NCBI GenBank assembly: GCA_049582105.1
Contig: JBAUTG010000005.1
Span: 2,672-66,671 of the forward strand
Reading direction: 5' to 3'
DNA: 64,000 bases
Origin: Candidatus Dormiibacterota bacterium
Lineage (GTDB): Bacteria; Chloroflexota; Dormibacteria; Aeolococcales; Aeolococcaceae
Below the pieces are notes generated by a model. That model was not told the origin of the DNA. It worked only from the letters and a program-made list of their open reading frames with translations, and did not search any database. Shown in pieces: positions 35,158 to 45,721 of this stretch (its first letter is position 1; every line of letters begins with the position of its first letter). A program made the translations under genes and the position numbers.

Positions 35158-36098
35158 GCCGGTGGCCCGGCAGAGGAAGGAGCATCGGGCGGGTCGGCGG
35201 TCAGACGGAGGAACGTCTCCTCGAGGCTGGAGCTCCCCGCCCGGAGCTCGTGGATCTCGACGTGCGCCGCCCAGGCGGCGTGGCCAACCGCGGCGGGGGT
35301 GGCACCGACGATTGCCACCGAGCCATCCGGCCGCGACGTGATCTTGGCGTTGAGCGGCGCGAGCGCCGCACCGAGCGCGTCCGGCGTCGGGGTGCGCACG
35401 ATGACACCGGCGCTCGCCCCCTCGAGGTCGTTGAGCCTGCCCTCGTATATCAGATGTCCCTTGGCGACGATCACCACGCGGTCGACCGTCTGCTCGACCT
35501 CCGACAGGATGTGGCTGGAGACCAGCACGGTGCGGCCCTCGGCGTCGGCAAAGTGCCGGAGGAGCGCGCGGAGCCAGGCGATGCCCTCCGGGTCGAGGCC
35601 GTTTGCGGGCTCGTCGAGCAGGAGGACCCTCGGATCGCCGATCAGCGCCGTGGCGAGGCCGAGACGCTGGCGCATGCCGAGGGAGAACCCGCGCACCGCG
35701 TACTTCGCGGCCGGGGTCAGCCCGACCATCTCGAGCACGGCATCAGCACGGGCATCCGGAACGCCGGCGGCCGCGCAGAACACGCGGAGGTGATTGCGCG
35801 CCGATCGGCCTGGATGGAAGCTCGTCGCCTCGAGGACCGCGCCCACGGTCCGGCCCGGGGCGGGGAGGTGCGCGTACGCGACCCCGTTGATGGTGCTGGT
35901 ACCGGCGGTCGGCGTCGCCAGTCCGAGGAGCATCCGCAGGGTCGTGGTCTTCCCGGCACCGTTGGGTCCGAGGAATCCGGTGACCGACCCCGGTTCCACA
36001 GCGAAGCTCAGGTTGTCAACGGCTTTGATCGGCCCGAACACCTTCGTCAGGCCGGAGGCGACGATGCGCCCTTCGCCGGCGGCAGCCGTGACGCTCAC
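35154..36098 (-). CDS. ABC transporter ATP-binding protein
   Basis: It has the Walker A 'GPNGAGKTT', the ABC signature 'LSLGMRQRL' and the Walker B 'LLLDEP'. Confidence 0.9.
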   Translation of the reverse strand: MSVTAAAGEGRIVASGLTKVFGPIKAVDNLSFAVEPGSVTGFLGPNGAGKTTTLRMLLGLATPTAGTSTINGVAYAHLPAPGRTVGAVLEATSFHPGRSARNHLRVFCAAAGVPDARADAVLEMVGLTPAAKYAVRGFSLGMRQRLGLATALIGDPRVLLLDEPANGLDPEGIAWLRALLRHFADAEGRTVLVSSHILSEVEQTVDRVVIVAKGHLIYEGRLNDLEGASAGVIVRTPTPDALGAALAPLNAKITSRPDGSVAIVGATPAAVGHAAWAAHVEIHELRAGSSSLEETFLRLTADPPDAPSSAGPPA

Positions 36099-36120
36099 AC
36101 CGTCACGTTCGATCGCGGCT

Positions 36121-36477
36121 TCAGCGGGCAGCGACCTCTGCGCCGAGATGCGCGTGCGCCCATTCGCCGAGCGCCATCAGCGCCGGGCGCAGCGCCTCGC
36201 CGCTCGGCGTGAGCCGGTACAGCGATGCGATGGGTGGCCCCTCGAGGACCTCGCGGGTCACGAGCCCGGCGTCCTTCAACTCGGCGAGGCGCGTCGAAAG
36301 CATGCTCTCCGTGATGCCCGGGATCGCGCGCGCGATCTCAGCAAAGCGCGCCGGCCGCTCGAGGAGCACTCCGATCACAAGCCCGGTCCAGCGCTTGCCC
36401 AGGACGCTGAACACCGACGTCAACGCGACGTCGCACTGAATCGCAACCGTCCGGCAGCCGGCATCCACGTGCAGCAT
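36121..36477 (-). CDS. HxlR family (MarR-like winged-helix) transcriptional regulator
   Basis: It contains 'CDVALTSVFSVLGKRWTGLVIGVLLERPARFAEIARAIPGITESMLSTRLAELKDAGLV'. Confidence 0.75.
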   Translation of the reverse strand: MLHVDAGCRTVAIQCDVALTSVFSVLGKRWTGLVIGVLLERPARFAEIARAIPGITESMLSTRLAELKDAGLVTREVLEGPPIASLYRLTPSGEALRPALMALGEWAHAHLGAEVAAR

Positions 36478-36885
36478 CCTACCGCCTCGTGGCCCTGCGA
36501 CCTAGTGACTTGTTACGGCCGAGTAACTACGGAATCGCGAGGGAGCCAGCGCCGGCCTCTCCGCCACGCCAAGGGATTGCTCCCTGGAACGGACCCTGCA
36601 GTACGGGACTGCATCGTCAGAAACGGCACCGCGCATTGCATCGCTGCAACCGCCGGACACAAAGCTGTCGCGTTCACCGTGTACGTGCGCTTGCGAACAG
36701 ACCACACGCCCGCACTGCACCACCCTTCGCATGGCGGGACCTTCTTGCCACCCGTCCTCAAGGTGACCCAAGTGTCCGTGCGGCTCCCCGACCCGTCGAC
36801 TGCAGAGGCGCTGCCCGCGAGCGCCCACGGCAGACCGGCTGTCCTCCATCGCACTGTGGTCGGAAGAAAGGTGCATCAGGGAGCG

Positions 36886-38730
36886 ATGGCAGGGACGTCG
36901 GGTGATGCGCTGCTGCTGGAAACACTGGCGCTGTTCAATGAATCGGACGACGTCGACCCGACGCTGCAGCAGTGCCTGTCGATGCTGACCGCCGCGTTCG
37001 GAGCTCGCGTCGCGGAGATCTGGTTGCGCAGCGGCAATGCACGTCAGGTGGAGTTGCAGTACGCGTCATCGGATGGCTCGGCCGGGGTCGAGGCATTCGA
37101 GGCCGAGGGCAGAGCTATCGGACTCGGAACGGGTCCGGCGCTGATCAGTCGCGTCGTACGCACCGGGCGTGGATCGACGGCGACGGCGGGCATCTCCGAC
37201 GGCTGGGGCGGCCGCGCTCCCGAGGCAGCTGCAGCCGACATCCACAGCGCCATGACGTTTCCGATCAGGGCTCGGAGCGGTGTCATCGGCGTCCTCGTCG
37301 TCTTTCGCGAGTCAACGGAGCGGCCGCCCGGTGGGGTGCTCACCGTCGTTCCCACGATCTGTCATCACATGGGTCGTTTCCTCGAGCGTGTCCGAGCCGA
37401 GGGCGCGATCCACGAGGCGGCGATGGAGCTTTCCGCGCTCGCGTCCACGGACTCGCTCACCGGGCTGAAGAACCGGCGCGAGTTCGACCGAGCGCTCCGC
37501 ACCATCCCGCGTCTGCCCTTCGCGATCCTCTCTCTCGACGTCGATCGCCTGAAGGAGACCAACGACACCGACGGCCACTCCGCAGGGGACGCTCTTTTGC
37601 GCGTCGTCGGCCACACCCTCGGACTGCTCGTCCGTGGCTGGGACGTGATGGCGCGGGTTGGCGGTGACGAGTTCGCCGCGCTGCTTCCCGAGGTCGGTGT
37701 CTTCGGTGCAAACCTGGTTGCGGAGCGCATGCGTTTGGCGATGCACTCACTGGTGCTGCCAAGTGGACCGGTGCGCGTCACGGTCGGTTGGAGTGCGGCG
37801 CCCGCGGGAGCCGACCCGGTGTCGGTGTGGCAGCGCGCCGACGAGTCGCTCTACAAGGCCAAGCGCGCGGGCGGCGACCGCGTCGCCGGCGCCTCCTACG
37901 AAGGAGGCGAGGCCGGCGACATCGCCGAGCGCTCGTACAACGATGTGGTCACGCGCATCCTTGACGGCGGCCCGCTGACGACGATGTTCCAGCCGATCGT
38001 CGACCTCGGCGACGGGACGGTCGAAGGATACGAGGCGCTCGCCCGCCCCGAGGGTTTCGCCGCCATGGACTCTGTTGAAGCCGTTTTCGAGGCAGCGCGG
38101 ACGGGCGGCCAGATCCGCGACCTCGACTGGGTGTGCCGCAAGCATGCGGTCGACGACGCGAAGGTGCTGCCGTCGAACGTTCCCCTGTTCCTGAACATCA
38201 GCGCCGCGGCGCTGCTCGATCCTGTGCACGGCGTCGATCAGCTGCTCCTGCTGCTCGATGCCGCGCAACGCGCGCCGAACACGGTCGTCCTCGAGATCAC
38301 CGAACACGAGCGCATTCGTGATTACGATGCGCTCGCGCGGGTCCTCGCCTCCTATCGCGCCGAGGGCATCCGCTTCGCGCTCGATGATGTCGGCGAGGGC
38401 CACTCGACGCTCGAATTGCTTGCCGCCTCCTCGAGTGAGTACCTCAAGCTCGGCCGGAGCCTCACGATGACCTCGACCCGTGTCGGCTCCCGGGCCGCGA
38501 TGGACGCAACGATGGCGTTTGCCCGGGTCAGCGGCGCGATGGTGATTGCGGAGGGGGTCGAGAACGAGTTCGTCGCCGACCTCATGAAACGAGCCGGCAT
38601 CAGACTCGGGCAGGGTTTCGGGCTCGGCAAGCCAACCTACGCAAGCGACATCGAGGACGTCGCCTCAGCGCTGACCGATCGGGCTGCGCTCGCCGGCCTT
38701 CGTCCTCGCGCGGTCTCCGGTCACCTGTAG
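36886..38730 (+). CDS. GAF-GGDEF-EAL protein (probable bifunctional diguanylate cyclase/phosphodiesterase)
   Basis: The start was set at ATG 36886, 5 nt after GGGAG; the track ORF 35794..38730 runs antisense through the ABC and HxlR genes upstream. GAF is followed by 'SLTGLKNRREF...RVGGDEFAALL' and then 'FQPIVDLGDGTVEGYEALAR', 'EITEHE' and 'DDVGEGHS'. Confidence 0.85.
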   Translation: MAGTSGDALLLETLALFNESDDVDPTLQQCLSMLTAAFGARVAEIWLRSGNARQVELQYASSDGSAGVEAFEAEGRAIGLGTGPALISRVVRTGRGSTATAGISDGWGGRAPEAAAADIHSAMTFPIRARSGVIGVLVVFRESTERPPGGVLTVVPTICHHMGRFLERVRAEGAIHEAAMELSALASTDSLTGLKNRREFDRALRTIPRLPFAILSLDVDRLKETNDTDGHSAGDALLRVVGHTLGLLVRGWDVMARVGGDEFAALLPEVGVFGANLVAERMRLAMHSLVLPSGPVRVTVGWSAAPAGADPVSVWQRADESLYKAKRAGGDRVAGASYEGGEAGDIAERSYNDVVTRILDGGPLTTMFQPIVDLGDGTVEGYEALARPEGFAAMDSVEAVFEAARTGGQIRDLDWVCRKHAVDDAKVLPSNVPLFLNISAAALLDPVHGVDQLLLLLDAAQRAPNTVVLEITEHERIRDYDALARVLASYRAEGIRFALDDVGEGHSTLELLAASSSEYLKLGRSLTMTSTRVGSRAAMDATMAFARVSGAMVIAEGVENEFVADLMKRAGIRLGQGFGLGKPTYASDIEDVASALTDRAALAGLRPRAVSGHL

Positions 38731-38784
38731 CGCCGGCTGCCGCACCGCGTCCGCCCGCCCACCCACTCCCGCGGCGGGCAACGT

Positions 38785-41700
38785 TCAGACACGCGGTGCG
38801 GGATCGAGCTCCAACTCTCGCAACAATGCGACGCTTGCGAGGGCGAACTCCGCGTCCACGCTGTCGATGAGGCGTGCGTCCTCGGCGGCGCCGGCCGACG
38901 TCGCGCGGGCCTGGAGCTCGCCGCACCTGGCCGCGAGCGCGCCGGCTCCGAAGCTGCTGGCACTGCCTCTCAGGCTGTGGGCGATCCTGGCCATCGCGCT
39001 GGTGTCGTTGATCGACTGAGCTGTGCGAAGGCCCGTGACCCTGGATGCGCCATCCCGGAGGAAGAGCCTGATCAGCTTGTCGAACTCATCGGCGCCCAGT
39101 TCGCGCAGGCCGGAGACGTAGGTCTGGTCGAGGACGCCGAGGATGGCCGGATTCGCCGCCTCGGTGGACGCCGGGGCGCCGGTCCACTTCGCGACCATTG
39201 CGGCCAGCGCACCTGCCGTGACCGGCTTGCTGAGGTATGCGTCCATGCCGGCCTCGAGGCACTTCTCCTCGTCGCCGGACATGGCGCCCGCGGTCATGGC
39301 GATGATCGGCGTGTGCCGCTCCGACCCCTCGCGCCGGCGGATCTCACGCGTTGCCTCGAATCCATCCATCTCGGGCATCTGGCAGTCCATGAACACAGCG
39401 TCATAACGAACGCGGTCGAGTGCCGCAAGCGCGCCGATTCCGTTGGCGGCGACGTCCACCGAGTGCCCCATCTTCTCGATCATCCGCAGTGAGACGCGCT
39501 GATTGACGGGGTTGTCGTCGACGACAAGCACCCGTGCCCGTGCGCCTGCCTCAGCCTCGGTGAACGAGTATCGAAGGTTTTCGGTCATGACCGCCGCCGT
39601 CGTGCCGCCGCCGTCCGCTGCGAGCAACGTGGCGAGGCAGTCGTACAGGTCGGCGATCCGCGCCGGCTTCGTCAGGAAGGCGCCGATACCGGCCTCCTGT
39701 GCCGCTCTGGTGTCACCCGGACGCGCTGACGAGGAGACCAGCGCCAGACGCACCCCGTTGAGGCTCGAGTCGCTGCGGATTGCGCGCGCGAGCCCGATCC
39801 CGTCCATCCCGGGCATCTGATGGTCGAGGACCGCCAGGTCGTACGGGTCACCCGCGGTCACGCCGTCAGCAAGGCCCGCGAGCGCCGCGCGGCCGCTCTC
39901 GAAACTCTCCGACCGCGCTCCCCAGACTTTGAGATGCTGCTCGAGAATGGCGCGGTCGGTCTTGTTGTCATTAACGACGAGAACTCGAACGCCCTGCAAC
40001 GCCATCCGCGAGGGGGTGGTGCGCACTCGCGCCGACACGTTCTTCTCGAGCGTGAGCGTGAACCAGAAGGTGCTTCCCGTGCCGGGGTTGCTCACCACGC
40101 CGATCTCACCGCCCATCCGCTCCACCAGCTTCTTGCAGATGGCCAGTCCGAGGCCGGTGCCGCCGAACCTGCGGGTGGTTGACGCATCCGCCTGCACGAA
40201 GCTCTCGAACAGGCGAGACTGCTGTTCCGCGGTGATGCCGATGCCGGTGTCGGTCACCTCGAAGCGAAGGCCGACGCTGGTGTCGCGCTCGGTCTCCTTG
40301 CGGACTCGGAGGATGACCTCGCCCTGGTCAGTGAACTTGACAGCGTTGCCGAGCATGTTGATGAGGATCTGCCGGAGCCGGCCGGGATCGCCGCGCACCA
40401 TCGTCGACATCTGAGGATCGATCATCACCGCGAGCTCGATGTCCTTCTCGTCGGCTCGTGGGGCGATCAGCTTGGCCGCCTCCTCCACCACGTACCGGAG
40501 GTCGAAGTCAATCACCTCGATGTCGATCTTGCCGGCCTCGATCTTCGAGAAGTCGAGGATGTCGTTGATGACGGTGAGCAGCGCATCGGCCGATTGGCTG
40601 ATCGCGTCCGCATACTCACGCTGCTCGGAGTCGAGTCGTGTCGTGAACAGCAGCCGTGTCATGCCGATCACGCCGTTCATCGGCGTCCTGATCTCATGGC
40701 TCATGTTGGCGAGAAACTCCGACTTGAGACGCGACGCCTCCATCGCCTGCGCATGCGCGACCGCGAGGTCGTTCTCGATCCGCTTGCGCTCGGTGATGTC
40801 GTTGAACGTGACAACCGCCCCGGTCACGACCTTCCCGTCGTCAACGATGGGAAACGCGGAGAACTCGACGGGAAACGACGTCCCGTCGCTGCGCCACATC
40901 ACCTCGGTCGCCACGCGCCGGCTCTCGCCACCGTGGAGCACCTTGGTGATCGGGCTGTCGGCGAGCAGCGACGGAGAGCCGTCTGCACGCGTGTGGTGGA
41001 ACAGCGGCTGCGTGAGCTGCCCCATGACCTGGGTTGCGTCCACCTGCAGGGCTGCCGCTCCGGCGGTATTCATGAAGGTGCAGCGCCCATCTGCATCGAT
41101 GCCGTAGATACCTTCACCCGCCGACTCGAGCAACATGCGGAGGCTGTTGGCGAGCCTGATCCGCTCGACGGCGGCCGCGGTGTTGTCGCTGCGCAACTGG
41201 TCGGAGAGGCTGCTCAGGCGCACCGCTCCGGCGAGTGGAGGCACGAGGATGCGCGCGCGATCCGACTCGACGCGCGTGAACTGCGCCTCGCCGGCGCTGC
41301 GGGCCACCAGCACCGCGCCGATCGATTCGCCACCGCTCACCATCGGAACGGCCATCACCGGACCGAGGGCACCCTGCTGCGCCCATGCGCGCGTCGACTC
41401 TCCCCAGTGCTGCTTGTTCAGGTCACCAGTGAAGATCTGACCTGTGAGCACGGCGCGATCTCCGGGAGAGTCGCCGATGATGACCGCCACGTCGACCGCG
41501 GGATGTCCGTCGACGACGCGCAGTCCGCTCGGGTCGACGAGGCTGACGACGATCCGTTCAGCGTCGAGCAGTTTGGCAACGTGGGCGAGCAAGCCCTTGT
41601 CGAGGACTTCCGACTGTTCGACGCGGCCGCTGAGACGGTCGACCGTGACTCGCTGCCACGCTGCGAGGAACTGCGCGAGCTCGTCGACCTCGTCGCGAAG

Positions 41701-41856
41701 CGTGATGCCGTGGTCCTGGTCATTCCGCTCAGGCGCAAGGCCTGACCCGTCAGCGCGCACGATCCTGAAGTGACCACTCGGCCAGCCGAACAGGAACTGG
41801 AACCCGATCATCCCGGCAAGGAGCAGGATCACGACAACCAGGATCACGTCGAGCAT
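38785..41856 (-). CDS. hybrid sensor histidine kinase: TM, GAF, PAS, HisKA, HATPase, receiver, receiver, HPt
   Basis: The H-box is '[18 protein letters not shown]'. The HATPase G-boxes are '[21 protein letters not shown]'. There are two receivers ('[10 protein letters not shown]', '[11 protein letters not shown]...[14 protein letters not shown]'). The C-terminal HPt is '[14 protein letters not shown]'. Confidence 0.9.
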   Translation of the reverse strand: MLDVILVVVILLLAGMIGFQFLFGWPSGHFRIVRADGSGLAPERNDQDHGITLRDEVDELAQFLAAWQRVTVDRLSGRVEQSEVLDKGLLAHVAKLLDAERIVVSLVDPSGLRVVDGHPAVDVAVIIGDSPGDRAVLTGQIFTGDLNKQHWGESTRAWAQQGALGPVMAVPMVSGGESIGAVLVARSAGEAQFTRVESDRARILVPPLAGAVRLSSLSDQLRSDNTAAAVERIRLANSLRMLLESAGEGIYGIDADGRCTFMNTAGAAALQVDATQVMGQLTQPLFHHTRADGSPSLLADSPITKVLHGGESRRVATEVMWRSDGTSFPVEFSAFPIVDDGKVVTGAVVTFNDITERKRIENDLAVAHAQAMEASRLKSEFLANMSHEIRTPMNGVIGMTRLLFTTRLDSEQREYADAISQSADALLTVINDILDFSKIEAGKIDIEVIDFDLRYVVEEAAKLIAPRADEKDIELAVMIDPQMSTMVRGDPGRLRQILINMLGNAVKFTDQGEVILRVRKETERDTSVGLRFEVTDTGIGITAEQQSRLFESFVQADASTTRRFGGTGLGLAICKKLVERMGGEIGVVSNPGTGSTFWFTLTLEKNVSARVRTTPSRMALQGVRVLVVNDNKTDRAILEQHLKVWGARSESFESGRAALAGLADGVTAGDPYDLAVLDHQMPGMDGIGLARAIRSDSSLNGVRLALVSSSARPGDTRAAQEAGIGAFLTKPARIADLYDCLATLLAADGGGTTAAVMTENLRYSFTEAEAGARARVLVVDDNPVNQRVSLRMIEKMGHSVDVAANGIGALAALDRVRYDAVFMDCQMPEMDGFEATREIRRREGSERHTPIIAMTAGAMSGDEEKCLEAGMDAYLSKPVTAGALAAMVAKWTGAPASTEAANPAILGVLDQTYVSGLRELGADEFDKLIRLFLRDGASRVTGLRTAQSINDTSAMARIAHSLRGSASSFGAGALAARCGELQARATSAGAAEDARLIDSVDAEFALASVALLRELELDPAPRV

Positions 41857-41911
41857 CAGATGCGCTCCATGCCGGTCAACGACGTCAGGGGCCGCATCGG
41901 GTTCGATGCAT

Positions 41912-44032
41912 TCACTCGGACGTGTGCGCGAGCATCTCGCTTCGCCGTCGCATTGCTGCGTTGACGCGGCTCACGAGGTCTCGTGGGCTGAACGGCTTCA
42001 CCATGTAGTCGTCGGCCTTCAGCGAGAACGCCATGACCTTTTCGCTTGCCTCAGCATCGCCGGTCAGGACGACGATGCTCGTGTGCTTGTTCTGCGGATC
42101 CTCGCGAAGGATCCGGCAGACGTCGAAACCGCTGATTCCAGGCAGGTTCACGTCGAGCACCACGCAATCCGGGCGGAAATGTCTCGTCACGGTGATGGCA
42201 TCCTCGCCGCTGGAGGCTTCCTGAACCTCCATCCCCACAGCTGCAAGGCTCGAGCGCGCGAGCATGCGAACGTCTTCGGCGTCGTCGACGACGAGGATCC
42301 GCCTGATGTGCGTGCCCAGATTCGTCCGGGGGGCGGACACCCGATGCCCGTCGACACTCGCCAGCTTTTCAGCCGCGAGTCGCGCGTCGATGTCGTCTGC
42401 CGACCCCGGCCGCGCAAAGTAGAACCCCTGCGCTTCGTCGCAGCCCTGCGTGCGCAGCAGCGTGACCTGATCCGCAGTCTCCACTCCTTCGGCGACGACC
42501 TTGAGGTTGAGCCCGTGCGCCATCCCCATCACCGCCGCCACGATCGCAGTCGCCTCTGGGTCACGCCCGAGGCCGTCCACGAACGACTTGTCGATCTTGA
42601 GCTCGTTGAGCGGGAACCGCTTGAGGTACGCCAGCGATGAGAAACCGGTGCCGAAGTCGTCAACCGAGATTCGCAGGCCGAGCGCCTTGAGTTCACGGAG
42701 AGTCGTGATCGCGAGCTCGGCGTCCTGCATCACCATGCTCTCCGTCACCTCGAGGCAGATCGTCGTGGGATCGACGCCGGCGTCTTCGATGATCGTGCCG
42801 AACGTTTCCGCGAGCCCCGACTCGAATTGTCGCGGTGAAACGTTCACAGCGACCGTCAGCGGCCTTCCACCCGCGAGCGCACTCGTCCAGCGTTTGGCGT
42901 CGCGGCACACCTGCGTGAGCACCCATGCCCCGATCGGCACAATGAGTCCCGATTCCTCCGCAAGCGGGATGAAGTCCAACGGGGAGACCAGTCCCCGGTC
43001 CGGGTGGTTCCAGCGGAGCAGCGCCTCGACGCCCACCGTGAGCTCGGAGTTCAGGTCCACGATCGGCTGATACACCACGGAGAACTCCTCGCGAGCGAGC
43101 GCCTTGCGCAGCGAGTCCTCGTCCTTGCCGCGCGCACGCAGCTCGGCGCGCATCTCGGGAACGAACGGCTGATACCGCCCAGTTCCGCGCATCCTGGATC
43201 GGCGCATCGCCGTTTCAGCCTCGAGGATGAGCGTCTCCGGATCCTGACCGGGATCGCGGGTGACTGTGATCCCGATTGCGGCGCTCAGTCGTACCACATC
43301 GTCGCCGATGGTGATGGGTTCGAGCAGGGTCGCCTCGATGCGGTTCGCCACGGCGGCCGCGGCGTTTGCATCCGCCATGTCCTCGCACATCAGCAGAAAC
43401 CGGTCGCCTCCGAGGCGCGCGAGCGTGTCGACAGGTCGCGCGACGATGTCATACGGACGCAGCGTCACCTCGAGGCGCTGCGCCACCTGGAGCAGGAGCC
43501 TGTCGGCTGATCCCTCACCAAGCCGGATGGCAACGTCGGCGAAATGGTCGAGGTTGATCGCGAGGACGGCGGTCGACCACCCGTATCGCGGCGCCCGAAC
43601 CAGCGCCGAGCGCACCCGGTCAATGAACAACGCGCGATTCGGGAGCCCGGTCAGCGAGTCGTGGAGCACTGAGAACGCGAGTCGCTCTTCGGCGTCGCGC
43701 TGATCGGTGATATCCCGCCACACCACGAGCGCCCCGAGCAGGGCACCATCGGCGTCCAACAATGGCTCACCGTCGGCGACCATTCGGCGTCGTCGACCGG
43801 ACTTCGAGACGAGGAGCATCTCCATCCCCAGCACCGGCGCACCGCGGAGCGCCATGCCGAGCGGCGCCTGTTCCGCAGTGGCCGGCGTCCCATCCGGCTG
43901 CAGCATCCGGCCGTACTCCGACGACAGCTCGGGGAGGACGCCCCCAGGCTCGAGACCGCAGAACACCTCCATGGCATGGTTGATCAGGATGACCCGCCCC
44001 TGCGGGTCGCAGACCATGACGAGGTCGCGCAT
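41912..44032 (-). CDS. PAS-GGDEF(degenerate)-EAL-receiver protein (probable c-di-GMP phosphodiesterase with a C-terminal receiver)
   Basis: The GGDEF site is '[11 protein letters not shown]' (GGDRF rather than GGDEF). The EAL domain is intact ('YQPIVDLNS...GVEALLRW', 'EVTESM', 'DDFGTG'). The C-terminal receiver has '[10 protein letters not shown]', '[12 protein letters not shown]' and 'MVKPF'. ATG 44032 is the only in-frame start (an in-frame stop lies 65 codons upstream), so the N-terminal PAS is short. Confidence 0.85.
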   Translation of the reverse strand: MRDLVMVCDPQGRVILINHAMEVFCGLEPGGVLPELSSEYGRMLQPDGTPATAEQAPLGMALRGAPVLGMEMLLVSKSGRRRRMVADGEPLLDADGALLGALVVWRDITDQRDAEERLAFSVLHDSLTGLPNRALFIDRVRSALVRAPRYGWSTAVLAINLDHFADVAIRLGEGSADRLLLQVAQRLEVTLRPYDIVARPVDTLARLGGDRFLLMCEDMADANAAAAVANRIEATLLEPITIGDDVVRLSAAIGITVTRDPGQDPETLILEAETAMRRSRMRGTGRYQPFVPEMRAELRARGKDEDSLRKALAREEFSVVYQPIVDLNSELTVGVEALLRWNHPDRGLVSPLDFIPLAEESGLIVPIGAWVLTQVCRDAKRWTSALAGGRPLTVAVNVSPRQFESGLAETFGTIIEDAGVDPTTICLEVTESMVMQDAELAITTLRELKALGLRISVDDFGTGFSSLAYLKRFPLNELKIDKSFVDGLGRDPEATAIVAAVMGMAHGLNLKVVAEGVETADQVTLLRTQGCDEAQGFYFARPGSADDIDARLAAEKLASVDGHRVSAPRTNLGTHIRRILVVDDAEDVRMLARSSLAAVGMEVQEASSGEDAITVTRHFRPDCVVLDVNLPGISGFDVCRILREDPQNKHTSIVVLTGDAEASEKVMAFSLKADDYMVKPFSPRDLVSRVNAAMRRRSEMLAHTSE

Positions 44033-44891
44033 GGAGCCGAACGCGGCGCGAACGAATCGTTGCTCACGCCGAAGGAGCTCATCATCGTGACGCTGTGCAC
44101 GCGTGATGAGGACGGTCGCAGGCTGACGCTCAGCGCTGTCCGGGTTGGTCAGAGTGCCGCGGGAGGTCGTCAGCAGCGTCCCTGCCGCAACGCTGCGTGA
44201 TCGGCTTCCAGGCGCGACCCGGGTCGGTCATCGGCAACGGCGTTGGGTCGCGAGTCAAGAGCCATTTCGTCCACACCTCGGATGAGCACCGGCTGCAGCG
44301 TCAGCGCGTGCCGACGAACCGAGCATAGGTGGCCCACTGGGGATGCCATGGCCTGTAACCGAACACAAACATTCGCGCGTGATGTCGAAGCAACGGGTGG
44401 GGTCGATTGCTTTCCACCGGGGATCGTCTGCAATCGCGCTTCGCGTTCGAGCATGACGCAGTATCCCTCCACGCGCTCGGTCAGACAGCATGTTCATTCG
44501 TTTCCGCCGGAAACAACGTGCCGGATGTCGCATTGTCGGTCTGTATCGCAGCGGACATAGGGCCACCCCGTTCGACATCGTCACACGCCATCACATCCGG
44601 TGAACCCTCGCACGAGTGCATCTGGGTCTGGAGGTCTCCTGGTTCTCCCGTTTCGCCGACGGGATGCAGATCCTCGAGCACGTCAACGGGGAGAGTGAGG
44701 CATTCGGACTCGCGTCGGGAGTCAGTGGACCGTATTCGGAGTCGTATCGCTCGCGAGTCGTCTCGGGCGAGCTGCCCAACATCGTCCCGGACGTTCGCAG
44801 TGACGAGCGCACCCGCGATCTTCGGATCACGCGGAGCATCGGCGCCGGCTCCTCCGCCGGCGTACCCGGTCGTTCTGCCCGGAGGAGAGGT

Positions 44892-45632
44892 CTACGAGCC
44901 CGCGGTGATGCAGACGACGGCGACGATCGCCGCCCCAACTCCGGCAACCTGGGGTGCTCGCAGCCGCTCCCCAAGAAAGGTGATCGAGCACAGCACGGTG
45001 GACACCGGGTACAGGGACACAAGCACCGCGACGATGCTGAGCAGGCCCCCGTGGACCGCAAGCAGGTACAGCGCGTTGGCGGTCACGTCGAGGCCGCCCG
45101 CCCCGGTGATCACGAGAGGATTCGCGGCGCCGTAACGCGGTGCGCTTCGCACGGCTGCCGACACCACGAGCAACGCTGTGACGGACGCGGCTCGGGCGGC
45201 GACGAGCGGCCAGAGGTTGGCACCGGGCGACGTCTTTGCGATGGCCACGTAGAAGAGCCCGAAACCGATCCCGGCACCCACCGCCAGCAGGAGGGTGCCG
45301 CGGCTCAGACGGGCGGCACGGGATCCGCCGCCGCTCAACAGCGCAACGGCTCCCACCGCGAGGACGATCCCCGCGTATTGCAGCAGCGACGGACGGTCAC
45401 CGCCCCCGACGCCCACGGCAACCGGGACGATCACCGCGACCACCCCGGTGATGGGGGCGACGAGTGACATCGCGCCGGAGGCGAGCCCGCGATACAGCAT
45501 CGCGACGCCTGCCGCGCCGGCGAGCCCGCCGAGCGCGCCGAAGAGCAGATCCCCAGCTCCGACGGTGCCGCCGACCACGAGCGCGACGATGAACATCCCG
45601 ACGAGCCCGACACCCTGGGAGATCACCAGCAC
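44892..45632 (-). CDS. DMT superfamily (EamA-like) transporter, possibly 5'-incomplete
   Basis: This is a polytopic membrane protein rich in GxxxG/A-V-L, with EamA-like repeats. Only about 8 TM helices are present, so it may be shortened or truncated. Confidence 0.5.
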   Translation of the reverse strand: MLVISQGVGLVGMFIVALVVGGTVGAGDLLFGALGGLAGAAGVAMLYRGLASGAMSLVAPITGVVAVIVPVAVGVGGGDRPSLLQYAGIVLAVGAVALLSGGGSRAARLSRGTLLLAVGAGIGFGLFYVAIAKTSPGANLWPLVAARAASVTALLVVSAAVRSAPRYGAANPLVITGAGGLDVTANALYLLAVHGGLLSIVAVLVSLYPVSTVLCSITFLGERLRAPQVAGVGAAIVAVVCITAGS

Positions 45633-45721
45633 CGACAGGAGCGGTGCCGCGCGGTTGGCAAAGCCACCGAGGAAGTCACCGCTGCCCCACAGCGCGGCGG
45701 CGGCGAGCGCCAGTGCGATGC

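Noticed and set aside
35794-38730. 978-aa plus-strand ORF
   Set aside because: Its 5' part is antisense to the ABC ATPase and HxlR genes. The genuine GAF-GGDEF-EAL gene starts at ATG 36886, which has a proper RBS.
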